Below, one piece after another: positions 24,317 through 35,949 of a DNA stretch of 64,000 bases; the stretch's first letter is position 1; each line of letters begins with the position of its first letter. The position numbers were made by a program, and so were the translations under genes. A model generated the notes under the pieces. It was not told where the DNA came from. It worked only from the letters and a program-made list of their open reading frames with translations, and ran no database searches. The DNA is from Rhizodiscina lignyota (lineage: Eukaryota), in contig ML978121.1 in the NCBI GenBank assembly GCA_010015805.1, positions 2,170,001 through 2,234,000 of the forward strand, in the 5' to 3' direction.

Positions 24317-25780
24317 TTTAACGAGAATTAAATGCTGAAATCGTAGATGGAAATTCTGTGAGGAGAAACTGTGGGAGGGAATCAGCGCGTAAAGATATGG
24401 TTACCAATTAGCGCAATATTTGAAAATCGTCCGTCCTATGTACCCAAACGGTTCTTTGGAACACAGCAGAGCCGCATGCTAAGGACGTGAGGTTGGTCTA
24501 GCTGATCTACTAATAGTAATAAGGTAGAGTACGAAATGAACTTGCCGATAAGCCACTCTGTATTATCTGCCAGAAGAGGGACCATCTGCGGTGTTTATCA
24601 CATTGTAAAGCCAATGGGAGGGCCGCAAAGACTTCCACAACAGCAATTGTGGCTTCCTGTGTGTCTGCACGAAACCGACATGCCTTCCAAGGAGTCGGAG
24701 TCTGCACTGTGATCGGCTGCACGAGCTGAATCTGTCTCTGCCTCTAACGAGAATGGGACGGTAATACGATGCTATTGCGGAAGCGGGTCCGCACCCGGTC
24801 GAACGATTTGAGTTTATCCCAGGTAGTCCAGCCTTTGCCAGTTTTTATGTTCGCCAAATGGCAACCCTGATGGAGAGAAACATAGCTGTCTTTCAGGTAT
24901 ACAGTTATTAAGACAGCGAACTCAGCTTAGTCCCAAGTGGTCCTCGATTCAGTGCGTTGAAAACTGACGAGGCTGAAAGCGGGGAAAGGAGCAACCCCCA
25001 GAAAACAAAGTTCCAAAATCGAGCATTGGGGGCGAATAGAATTAGAGAGTCCCACGGGCGCCCTGCAGCCTCGCGTGTCTGTGCAGCATCCCCTGGATGA
25101 ATCCTGGCTGTCGGTTTGCAGGAACTGTTTCTTATCAGCGGCCGCAATTCTGGGGTTTCAGAATCGTCAAAAGTGACTGTTTGATTGGATAGTGCTGATC
25201 GTATACCTAATCTTTCGAAATTGAGACGTGAATCTATGATAAGAGTCGAGATGTTGGTGGTGATAGAGGCGACACAGACTTCTCTACGTACTCCATAGTT
25301 GGTATCGAGGAACCCTGTGTGGCCTATGATGTAATCCGGATCTTATCTTATCGCATCTCTTTCCGAGGCCTTCATAAGTTATAGCGGTTGGTCGCAATAT
25401 CTATCAGATCCATCGTCTGAAGAAGTCCATGAGCGGAGAAGGATTGCTACAAGAGAAACGAGGGGATCAGGGATCCATAGACCTCATATCTAATGAATCG
25501 ATCTTAGAGCAAGTGCCACTGAAACCTGAGGATTTACTCTCAAGCCTGTGAGGGTGTGGCTTAGTATCAAGAGGGATATCTAGTACAAAACCTCCGACAT
25601 GTAGACTCTGATAAGCCGCATGAAATGTGCTAGTGTACGGAAGATCTTTGCCAGCACTCTATTTCCGCTCTGCCCTTAAAGATTAGATATCGCATTTACT
25701 CGTCAATTCCTTGTGTCATTTCAAGCCTTGCTGAACATTCGAGTCGATGACGGGCTAAATCGTATAACTGTCATCTCCGG

Positions 25781-27238
25781 TCAGTGAGGAGTAGTCCAGG
25801 GATTTGCCTTGAAGAAATGGATTGCGTCCTCGCGGTTTTGAATACCCTTCATTATTGCAGCAGGATCCTTGCCAAGTTGCACCGCGTGGGCAGAGACAAG
25901 GCTCTTCTGGATAGAGTTTGGTTCTTTGAAGGTGTCGGTGTGTTTAGCCTCTGCTGCGGGCGGTGGGATGTTGGGTATGTCTGTACGCGCCTGCTGGAGG
26001 TTGAGCACCTGCTCGAAGGTTGGTGCGGCGGCAATCCTTGCGCTGGTGAGCATCTTATCCTTGGGGATGGATAGCCAGTCGCGGAGTGTTGCGAGAAGAG
26101 ACGTGTGATCATAGGGAGTAGCAGTTGGCGAGCGGAAGACGGTACCAGCTTGGATCCACGGCGAGATGAGGATGCACGGAACACGAACCCCGAAGCGGTC
26201 GAAGGTGAAGCCTTCCTGACCTGGATTGCTTTTTGCGTCAGGGCTAGCCGCACCGAAGGGTGGGTGTACGTGGTCGTAAGTACCTCCGTGCTCGTCGTAG
26301 GTGATCATGAGCAAGGTTTCGGGCCACGCAGGCGATTGGCTGACGGCTTGCCAGATATCGTGGAGGAATTTCTCGCCGGCAACGACATCGTGAGGAGGGT
26401 GCTCGTCGTTGGGGTCCACTACAAAACTGGGCTCGAGGAAGGTGTATTGCGCGAGCTTGCCGCTGGCACAGTCCTGTTTGAAGTCGTCGAAGTGGAGAAA
26501 ATGGTCGTCGTACACCCAGAGATTGGGAAACATGACCCTAGTAAGCGGGGGGACGAGTTCGGTATCACTGTAAATGCGCCAGTCTGCGCCCACGTCTTCG
26601 AGCACGTTGAATATGTTGCGGACATCCCAGTCGAAGGGGTTGGGGATGTCTCCGTTGTTGACATTGCCGTTTGACGTTCCAGCATGCATGAACGAGCGAT
26701 TCGGCCACGTCTGACTGGGAATAGAACAGAAATACCTATCCGAAACGGCGAAATTGGCAGCGAGAGATGAAATGACGGGCAGCTGGGCGGGATTGAAGGG
26801 CTTCATGATATCGACGGGGCTCTTGTGGCCCGTGGCGTTGGCATAGTTGATCACGAATCCCATATTTGGCCAAGTCGGATTGGCACTGGGCTTCTCAGGG
26901 CCGAACAGTTGATACGTGACATTCGAAAACGTCTCTTCTGGGTCGGGATTGGGGTCAGTTGGTGAGGCTGCGTGATCGGCGACTTGGAAGGTTTCATCGG
27001 GATCCGTTGGTGAGGCGGCCTGGTCGGTTTCAGCGGACTGGCCCTTGAAATACTGTGCGTTGACTGGATTGAAGTAAGTCGACTTGAGGCCGTCGTATTC
27101 TTTTGGGCTGGAAGGTGGCAGGAATTGGCTGGGCTGCGGCGTTGTTCCTGGTTGGTAGAGCCAGCCACATATATCATCGAAAGAGCGGTTTTCGAGCATA
27201 ACGACGACAACATGCTTAACCTGCGGAAGTATAGCCAT
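25781..27238 (-). CDS. Phosphoesterase family / non-specific phospholipase C
   Basis: HVVVVMLENRSFD, DRYFCSIPSQTWPNR, DEHPP, ITYDEHGGTYDHV, GVRVP, YDHTS. Intronless, ATG at 27238. Confidence 0.92.
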   Translation of the reverse strand: MAILPQVKHVVVVMLENRSFDDICGWLYQPGTTPQPSQFLPPSSPKEYDGLKSTYFNPVNAQYFKGQSAETDQAASPTDPDETFQVADHAASPTDPNPDPEETFSNVTYQLFGPEKPSANPTWPNMGFVINYANATGHKSPVDIMKPFNPAQLPVISSLAANFAVSDRYFCSIPSQTWPNRSFMHAGTSNGNVNNGDIPNPFDWDVRNIFNVLEDVGADWRIYSDTELVPPLTRVMFPNLWVYDDHFLHFDDFKQDCASGKLAQYTFLEPSFVVDPNDEHPPHDVVAGEKFLHDIWQAVSQSPAWPETLLMITYDEHGGTYDHVHPPFGAASPDAKSNPGQEGFTFDRFGVRVPCILISPWIQAGTVFRSPTATPYDHTSLLATLRDWLSIPKDKMLTSARIAAAPTFEQVLNLQQARTDIPNIPPPAAEAKHTDTFKEPNSIQKSLVSAHAVQLGKDPAAIMKGIQNREDAIHFFKANPWTTPH

Positions 27239-27798
27239 GATGGAGTCCTTCGTTGAATTGTACGTAGTGGGATGGCACGAAAAGTATACAGCAGGGTTGT
27301 TGATGCGTTGTAAACGAACTGGCGAGGCGAGGTGGAGCAAAAGTAGGAGCTGCTGACTCAGAAGGGGCAGGGGGTCTCAGCTGGGAGTCTAAGTTGGTCT
27401 GGATCAATAGAGTCTGCATATATTCTAGCCGAAACACGAAGAAATATCGAAGAAGGGATTGATTTTATGCATTTCGCTAGTCACATCTGGCAATGCATTC
27501 CCAAGATTTTCGATTTGATGGTATAATGGCTCCAGTCCAAGGCAGCCGAGAGAGCCTTGACGGATATGATGATATTCAAATCTGCTGCCAGCCGCAATTA
27601 CTCCAAAGGAGTTGACGAACTGACTTGAATTTTCCTATCATCCTTCCATAACTTGCGCAGTGCGCATTTACATTCTTGCTCCGGATGGCCGCAAGGGGGT
27701 AAAAGTGTGGCAGAAATAACAGAAGAAGACACGTATCAAAGTCCCGTATTGGAGATGTTCAGTCTTGCTCGAATATCGAAGGAAAAACGAAATCAACC

Positions 27799-29246
27799 TT
27801 ACAGCCGATGCTCCCCTACAGTAAGGAAATCGTCGAATTCACGCCTCGGGTAGGCCTTTTCGTGTGCCCCATTCCCTTGCAACTTTCCTGTCTTCCATGC
27901 CCAGTGGGCGTCCTTCTCCTCTCCATTGCTGCGACCGTCTAACACGTTGATTATGTACTTGCCAATAATCGGAAGAAACTTATAGCTGTGAAACGAGCCT
28001 CCCACGGCGAGGAAGAGGTTGCTCAGCCTGGGATGCGGATGCCTCGTTATGAGATGATCCTGCGCTGGCGTGATCGCGTCCCAACAAATTCTCCAGTAAT
28101 CGACCTCACGATGCGCATACTGAGGTAGAAGCCTATCAGCGTGGAATCGGCGGACGTCATTTTGGAGCTTCTTTGGTACGACATGCTGATCGAGACTCGC
28201 AGGGACAGAAATGCGGCTGCCTGAAGGCGTTTGCAGGAAATTTGTGAAAGACTCCGCCCATGTGAGCTTCAGGATATTCTCGCCGGTCGGCGGCTGCATA
28301 TCTCCATCCTCCGAGTATATGACCACGGGAACGTCCTTCATTTCTTCGAGCTCAGTCTGGTCCAATTTGAAATGCAGGACGCACACTCCAGCAGCGATGA
28401 CCTGGTTTTCAACTCGATCGCTTTCTTCAATGCCAAGCTCATCTTCGGTATTGGTCAGGATACTGCTTGTCCATGCCCCAGTGGCCAGGAGTACTTTGTC
28501 CGCAGTATAAACTGCCCCATCTTGAGTCTCTACACTTTCAACCCCGGTGCTGCCCAACCGTAATTTCTTAACATCGCCTACGACATACCTCACACCATTA
28601 TCGACGGCAGCTTTGGTAAGCTCTGCGGTTGCACGGCCCGCATCGCACCAGCCAGCTTCGGGATTCCAGTAAGTGTAACCGCAGTCGTCGAGTGCGGAGT
28701 CCTTGAAGACACCGCCGAATCGTCGTCTTGTCTCATCCAGGGATAGCGTCTCCGTCGGGTCGTGGCCGCGTTTCCTGAAGTTCTCCCGTATGCGCTCTGC
28801 AAGATCGGTGCCTCTCTTGCGGATATTGATCCAGCCTGTTCGATGGTAGTACTGCTTGAGCTCCGGCCAGGAGTTCCACGCTTCCATCGCCTCATAAGCC
28901 AGTTCCATGTAGAACGGCGAGCTTCGGCCGGTAACATGTCAGCTATAATGCTGTTGTCCTCATCGTGGGGAGAAATAGAGTAACAGACCTGTAATCAGCG
29001 CGTATTATCTTGTTACAATCCGTGGATGCAGCATGTTGAGGCGGAAATGGAGTGCGGTCAATGATCGCAATAGGCGATGGGTCAGGGTGCACTTTAGAAA
29101 GATGGTATGCCGTGCTTGCACCAAAAATACCAGCTCCCTTATCAATTACATCACCTCAGCGCTCGTCAAAGGCCCAGCAATAAAAGTGTTGGCATACGAA
29201 CCACTATCAAGATCTGTGAATGCTTCTGACTTCCGTTGGTCGTCAT
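27799..29246 (-). CDS. FAD-dependent oxidoreductase, sarcosine oxidase/fructosyl-amino-acid oxidase family
   Basis: Spliced N-terminus MTTNGSQKHSQILIV|GAGIFGASTAYHL...AASTDCNKIIRADY, then ATGAW, RICWDA and GGSFHSYKFLP. Confidence 0.9.
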
Positions 29247-29332
29247 AGTGAAAGTGAGCCGCTCTGCGCTCTACGCCACTTGATGAGTCCGTTGGAAGAG
29301 CCGGGTTATTATGGACATCGCGTGGAACGTCA

Positions 29333-29388
29333 CATGCAAGCCTCACTACTTCCTGTTCAGTACTAGGATGGCGATAGACACCACATTT
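29333..29388. repeat. Copy 1 of a ~55-bp imperfect direct repeat (copy 2 at 30063-30113)
   Basis: catgcaagcctcactacttcctgttcagtactaggatggcgatagacaccacattt versus catgcaagcgtcactacttcctgtatagtactagcgatagacactatattt. Confidence 0.85.
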
Positions 29389-29703
29389 CGCAGCAATCCC
29401 GGTCCTCTGGCTTTCCGTCATCGCTGTGATCTGGGGAAAGACATTGACCAATCGGCACTTACCAACTCCTCAGCTTGTCGGACAACCATATGTGCGCACT
29501 TCAGATTGGCTTAAAAAAGTTTACATATGCACCCTGGCGTGCGGGGCTACAATTTGCATTTTTCTTCGGCTTTGTGAGCTGTCGCGCGACGACACCGCTA
29601 AAGTTGAACTGGCTTTGGAGGTAAAGCGACGGGAATCGCAGTCAAAATCTATGTAGAGACCGATGTAGTTATTTTGGTAGCCTTGGTGTCAAAGACCCAG
29701 AAG

Positions 29704-29990
29704 GTACTATTGCTATATAATATGGCTCTTGTAGCTGCGTTGGAGACTCTCTCCTTTATAATCAACTTTATAGTTCGATAAAATTTGAAAAAGTGGTTTG
29801 AAGTTGGATTGCTATAAAGTAGTGAGATGAGGGATAATTCGTCTCTCCCATCCCGCATCAACATAGAGCCTGCAGTTTCCCTTCCTTGGGCAGCAGAAGT
29901 TGACACTCGAATACAGTTAGACAATACCCTCTCGAACACACGCTACGAGATTGCGATTACGATAGATCACAACCTTTCTGTTCAGCAATG
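29704..29990 (-). pseudogene. Degenerate gene remnant homologous to 41180-41470
   Basis: Aligns by eye over ~280 bp with 41180-41470. Broken minus-strand reading GNCRLYVDAGW...PHLTTL*QSNFKPLF...YKS. Confidence 0.65.
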
Positions 29991-30406
29991 CACCACTTCG
30001 TGATCTCGTTCGAAATGGCTGTCGGGCTTCGTACGCCGTACTCTACTCCGCATTGGGGGTTGCATGCAAGCGTCACTACTTCCTGTATAGTACTAGCGAT
30101 AGACACTATATTTGAGAGTGGCCCGCAAATGTGTGCTTCCTCTTTTGGTCCTGAGTGTACCCTCATTTAACCTGAGCTCAACTAAGCTATCCTGAAGTGT
30201 GGAGGTACCAACCTGAGCTGTCGCATCGGCTCAATTTTGGGCTCTTTCGGAATACGTCCTACCGTACCATCCCATCCCATACCCGATTTGGGCCATTGAT
30301 ACGGAGGTAGGCTTTTGATTACCCTCAAGTTGTCCCTAGAATGCAGGACTGTCCTAGGACATCTCATTTGTCTGGTTGCCGCGATCTTATTTCAATCTCG
30401 GTGCCG

Positions 30407-31722
30407 TCACAGCCACGGAGTGGCCAAGAATAAATCGAGATTATCGACGGCAAAGTCTGCTTCACTGTAGGGAGGCGTGATATTGGCCTCGAGGTCCTTG
30501 GGTGGGGCTGACAAGCTCAGGTTAATATATACGAACGTCACTGCGGAGCGTGAATGACTGACCTGTGGAGGGCGTGTAGTCGAACTTTCCAAATTCACTG
30601 TGCCATTGCCAAAGACAGTCGAACGCGACAGAGGCAGCCAGACGGCCGTTGACCCGTAACCTTGGGACTCCAGAGCTCTCCCCACTGAATGTGACCCAAA
30701 TCTGAGTCATGATTTCTGCTGTTCTTCCAGCAATGTCGTTGTTCTCTACTGAACATCGCCGCAGACAAGCTATGGCCTTGTTGAAGGATTTTCTCCCTGC
30801 TCTAGCATCGATTTCTTTTGCGTAGTCCGAGAGAAGCACCTTATACAAGACAGCTGCAGAGGTGGACAGCATTCGCAATAAAAAATTGGAGAGGAAAGAA
30901 GGGACATTGGACTTGGAGTGCTCCTCGTCAACTTCCAATATCAGATTGCTCGCCGTTCGGTAAGCTGTAAGTATACCATCCTTGCGACAGTCAACCTTAT
31001 CAGACTCGAGAAAGTGGTATGCTTGCAAGTGTAATCGCGCGGATAGAAGGTAGAGTCGGTTAACCCCTAGCATGTTAGCGGGCAGCCATAAGCCTTTTTA
31101 GATCACCTACTGGAGAGTCGAGTTATGTACTTCTGCTCGAAGGTATGTAGGTCTTTCTCTAACGAGGTCAAAAGATCGTAATGGTCACTGATGGTCACAG
31201 TGTGTCCAGGCTGCAGCGGCTTATTAGATAGAGCTTCGTCTAAGCGATCACAGAGCCGATGAATGATCAGTTGATGATAGAGGTCATCGGGTAAGCCATG
31301 TGGGTTGTCCGGCTGGCAAGCAACATCGACAGTCCACTTAAAGGACGAAGGCAGTGGCAGCCCAATGATCGCCGATAATCTAAATAAAGCACTATCAGTT
31401 TCCGCAAAAGGGCACTTCTACTGGAAGTCGATCACACCTTTGACTAACGATATTGCAGCCAGCCCATGTCCGAGACCTTTCCCGGAGCATGGCATCGTTC
31501 GTGTTCGGATTAGGGTTCCTTGAAAAGCCTGCTGGAATTCCCCTTTGGTGAAGTCCCAAATGCATCGCGCTTATTATACCAAAGCCTCCAAGATTTGTTG
31601 ACAAGTCGGTCCACAAGGATGAAGTTGGAAAGGGCCAGGTACAAAGAAGGAGATTCGCCTGTATCAGCCCGATCGTTGCCGGTGGTTTCGAGACTATGGA
31701 CCAGAAGAGCTTCATCACCGGA
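30407..31722 (-). pseudogene. 3' portion of a fungal Zn2Cys6-class transcription factor (middle homology region), with no DNA-binding domain
   Basis: LLLCTWPFP, AMHLGLH, RTWAGCNIV, RLHLQAYHFL and CSVENNDIAGR resemble SEF1/LEU3-like middle regions. No CxxCx6C cluster lies upstream. Confidence 0.75.
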
Positions 31723-33179
31723 GTGAAAAACACGGAGCCAAAAGAGACGGCAAAGCCGTATCCCAGGCCTTTGACACCAATACCAACAGGACCGGAAGTG
31801 TACAGAGTCTCAAGTGCGAGCGGGTAGAAGTTGAGCAGTGAGAAGAAGTTGATTCCCCCCACACATGCAACTGCGAAGCCCATACCCACAACACGCTGGC
31901 CGGAGAAGAGCTCGCGCGGAATCATCGGATACGGAGCCAGCTTCCACTCCCATACTCCAAACGCGATGCAGATCAATAGCCCAATGATCAGGGTACACAA
32001 GACGTATGCGCTTTTCCATGGGTGTGTGTAACCGCCAGCTTGAAGGGCTACCAGGCTAGAGAGATTGAGTCAGCCATTGTTGTTCAGATCTCATCTTTAA
32101 TATTGCCTACGAAGGGGTGGAGAAAGTGACTGTACAAAAGTGTCAGTCCGACAATGGACAGAAAGCCTCCCACGTAGTCAATGTTGGCCAAAATTCTGCG
32201 CCGCGACATGCCCTCGGCGCGCCGGTAGTGCTTGGGGAAATAGGTCAGGGAGAGCCCAGTTAGAGTGATACCGTTGACGATCCTAACATCGGTAAACATC
32301 AGTCTCAGAAGGGAGCTGGAATAGCGGCGCCTACAAGGTGATCCAGATAGTCCAGCGCCAGGTAGTATAGCCAGCAATTAGATTGGAGTAGAGCAGGTAC
32401 GGGTTCCAAGGTACGACAAAGAAGGCCATCAGCGCGATAGAGTAGCCTCGATACCTGACCGGAACAATCTCAGACACGCTGTTGAGAGAGAAAACAATAT
32501 TAGCCATTTCGCAGCGATGTGTTCATGAGGAGACATACCCACCCAGCAAATCCCGTCAGCTCGCCGACGCCTGCACCTGCGCCTCCGATTGCCATACCGG
32601 CGACCAATTGGCCAAAGCTATTGGCAGTGCCGACGATAATGATGCCAATGATTAAAATAAGTGACCCGCCCATGGCAATATAGCGTCGGCCAAGTAGGTC
32701 TTGGAGGTAGCCCACAAAGGGCGAGATGACAGTGGTGGCCAACGTATTGGCTACAGGAACCCAGCCAGAACCCTTCTCAAAGCCGAGGTCCTTTTCGATA
32801 TAAGGCAGCGTACCACCAACAAAGTAGAGCAGAATCTGAGATGCTATCACACAACCCAGTGTCAGTTTTGATACTCCTGGCAAATAAGAGAGACAAGCAA
32901 AGATAGCGATAGAAATTGGATCGTGCAAGGGATAAAATGAAAAAGGAAGCACGCACAGGAGAATAGCTAGCAAAGAAAAAACACCGCAAGCGCCGCTCTA
33001 ATGTTGAACAGCTCGACATTGCCGTCCGAGCCATCGCCTTTGTAGGCATCACGGTTCTCGAGATCTATAACGGCCAGATCCTCGGTTTCAACAAACTCTT
33101 CTTTTCCAAGCTCGCCCTCTTCCAAGTGAAAGGTCACATTGCCGCTGTTGATAATCTTCGCGTCGTTCGTCATGTTCAC
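31723..33179 (-). pseudogene. TRI12-family MFS transporter, 3'-truncated, with a premature stop in exon 1
   Basis: SQILLYFVGG, SPFVGYLQDLLGRR, GAGVGEL, IDYVGG, LQAGGY, WEWK.APYPMIP. In-frame TAG at 32967-32969 (FFLC*LFS). The C-terminal TMs are absent. Confidence 0.8.
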
Positions 33180-33662
33180 TCAACTGACATAGCAAATGGT
33201 AAGCTGTAATAACAAAAAGGAGAACATGACATTAATTAAAGGGCTTAAATGAAAACTATCCATCCCAAGCGTAGAGAGCCCCGCGACTCATCCGGCCCGC
33301 TTGATTTTTGATCACATTTTGTCTATTTCCCCAGACACTGAAAATTTCGTTACATTCAACGAAGTCTTCCCCATAAAAATGATGGAGTCGGCCACACCGG
33401 CCCGGCGTCTAGGGCCGCGCCGGTAGAGGTATCGCAACCCCTGAGCAACCCCTGAATTTGAACAATGCCACTATAACTTTTGATAACTTTTATTTTACTA
33501 AAGAATAAGTCTACTTCCGTAAATAACTATACCAAATATTTTCTAATATCTCTATAGTGGGCCTAAAACCCTCTAGACAGCGAGGAGGAATAGCATAGTA
33601 AGATGTTAAGAGCTTCTAGTGGCGAAACATTTGTCTTGGTTCTATGTTCTACTTTATCTACA

Positions 33663-34935
33663 TCAAGGTTCGGGCATCTTTGTGTATGGCACGAATGGCA
33701 CGCCGGCTATATCGGCCTTGATTTGTAGTGCGATGAAACGGGAGAAGTATCGGTTGAAGCCAAAATCTCCACCGTGATACCAGATCCCGGGGACTGCAAT
33801 AGCAACCAATTAGACGAATACCAGTCAAGGAGCCAAAGTCTAAGAATTGTTGGAGAAAGTGAGAGCACATACCGCTTAAAGGGTGAAAGGCTCCGCGCGG
33901 CTCGCCCCCAGCATCTAGACCCCAAAAATCTTCAAGTTGCTCGCCAACTAGACTGCCGAAGATTTTGGTGGCGACAGCGCGCACATTGGCTTCGAAACCT
34001 GTGCAAAAGACGATGACGTCTGCATCCAGGGAGGGTCCGTCGCTGAATTTGAGACCTGTAGAAGTAAACCTGGTGGGAACAACGGGAGACTTGATTTTGA
34101 TCTGGAATAGATCCGTCAGTATATTCAAGTAAGCACATGTGTAAACGCCTCTACACAGCAATCCACAAGGAAACAAGGAAAAATACCAGCCCTTTCGCGA
34201 TTTTAGCCGACGCCCCGACGTCGAGGTAATGCGTGCCTCGCTTCTCAAAGGCGATCCCAATTCTGTCAATGTCGCGAATTACATGGAAGCCAACGCGCTC
34301 GAGGGCATCCAGGCGCTCCATTTCGAGTGACAGCTTATGATGCATCGTTTTCATAGCGATCTGGCGCGATACGGCGATTGGTAGTGACATGTGAATTCGA
34401 TCAGCGACCTCGTTAGAGAAGGTCCGATTGAAGATTTCTGCAGGCTGTCAAGCCGTGACTTTTAGAGGACCATGTAAGTTGATTTACTGTTCATAGAATT
34501 GGTGATGTATTCCACAGGAATCACGGCTAAGACGCCCCCGTCGAGTCAGTGTCATAGAGGATGGTTAAGCTCAGTGGCGAGGGGGCTCTTCGACGTACCT
34601 GTCCGTTCTCGTTGTATCATCGTGACAGATGCTACGCCAGCCTCGAGCATATCGCTAGCTATATCATGCGCTAGACGGAGATATGAACGCCTGTGCTTGC
34701 CTCGTAGGGTGACCAATCCTAAGGCAGTGAGTGCTCTTACCAGTGTTGGCCGACCCGACCACTATGGTCGAAGCGCCCTTCCAAGAGTACGATGACTTAT
34801 AATCAATCGAGTGGAGGGCAAGCCCTTTATATTTATCCTGCGCGATCTCTATCAACGCCATATAGTACCTTCTAGAGAGGTGGGCCTCCTTACCTGACCC
34901 GGCAAGTGCCATGGGCGAGGAACTTGCCCGTGGGC
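33663..34935 (-). pseudogene. 3' half of a flavin-containing monooxygenase (FMO/YUCCA-like)
   Basis: LPGQ|DKYKGLALHSIDYK, VVGSANT, HDIA.D, TMIQR, YLDVGAS, DVIVFCTGF, WGLD..GE.RG, SRFIALQIKA. No N-terminal FAD-binding exons before the next gene. Confidence 0.8.
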
Positions 34936-35087
34936 AAAGGGTGAGGCGGCGTCGCCCTCGCTATTCAGTTTATTGTTATAGCGACGCATGTATTTAAATA
35001 GCCGTCTCTATATTCCGCTTGTCGTAAGTGCATAGTGGTTATAGCCAGACCGCAATAGCAACAACCATTACAGTACCCATGAAGCAT

Positions 35088-35949
35088 TTAGCTAACAGTG
35101 ATGAGATCTTGTAGCGATTTGAGCGGTGCTGGTGCAGTGCCCATGTGGCCGGAGGGGTTAACATGGAAGCCTGGATCATTGGGTAGCTCGGTTCCCCAAA
35201 ACCGTTGGATGTGGTCACGGATTATTTCGTAACCTACGCCAATGCGTAGCACCTTGGGAACTGGTCCGCTAAAGTCGAGCATCGTTGAGCTGGTGCGTGG
35301 CGAGTGAACGAACTTTATTAGACCGTAGTCGAGGGTAACGTCGGAGACGGATTTGAGCTCCTCGGGAACGTCCTCAAAGCGGAACTTGGCGCCTCTCGAC
35401 TGTTAGACTAGTACGTCTCTTGTATGGTGGGGCAACATGAGGAGAGTAGAAGAGAAATAAGACAAAATTCGATAAGGCAGGCTTACCCGTTCCGCTGAGG
35501 TTGCTAGAGCTGCCTAGAATGGGTATGTTGACGGCCATGGTTAGCTTTGTTACTTCATCGAGCAGCTTGCCGGCATTGATCAGCATGAACAGCGTGTCTC
35601 CGGCAGTGGTGACTTCGAGGGTTCTGGTGTCAATGTTTTTGATGATTGGGTGGTCCTTTCGGTAGGGAGCGACAATGCCCAACGGCAGGTCAAAGTCCTC
35701 GATGAGACAGCGGACCATTTCAGCGTGCTCTAGGTGCATAATGTGAATCTGCTGGTGCAACTCGAGGTTGCCTCCCATCGCATGACGCTTCTCAGGGCCT
35801 CGCTTCTTTGCCAAAAACATCCGATCCAGCGCTTCCGCGGTGCTGCCCATCATGGTGTAACCGACTGTGAGCTGGAGAATCGCCAGACCACCACCCTTGA
35901 TAGCCTCATAGACGCGCCTCGCGTCTTCCTTGACGTTTGGGCTGGGCAT
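35088..35949 (-). CDS. YrdC/Sua5-like (TC-AMP synthase fold) single-domain protein
   Basis: GGLAIL...GY, AKKRGPEK (KxR motif), GSSSNLSG (SxN motif), SSTMLDF..VLRIG. One intron near 35486-35404. Confidence 0.8.
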
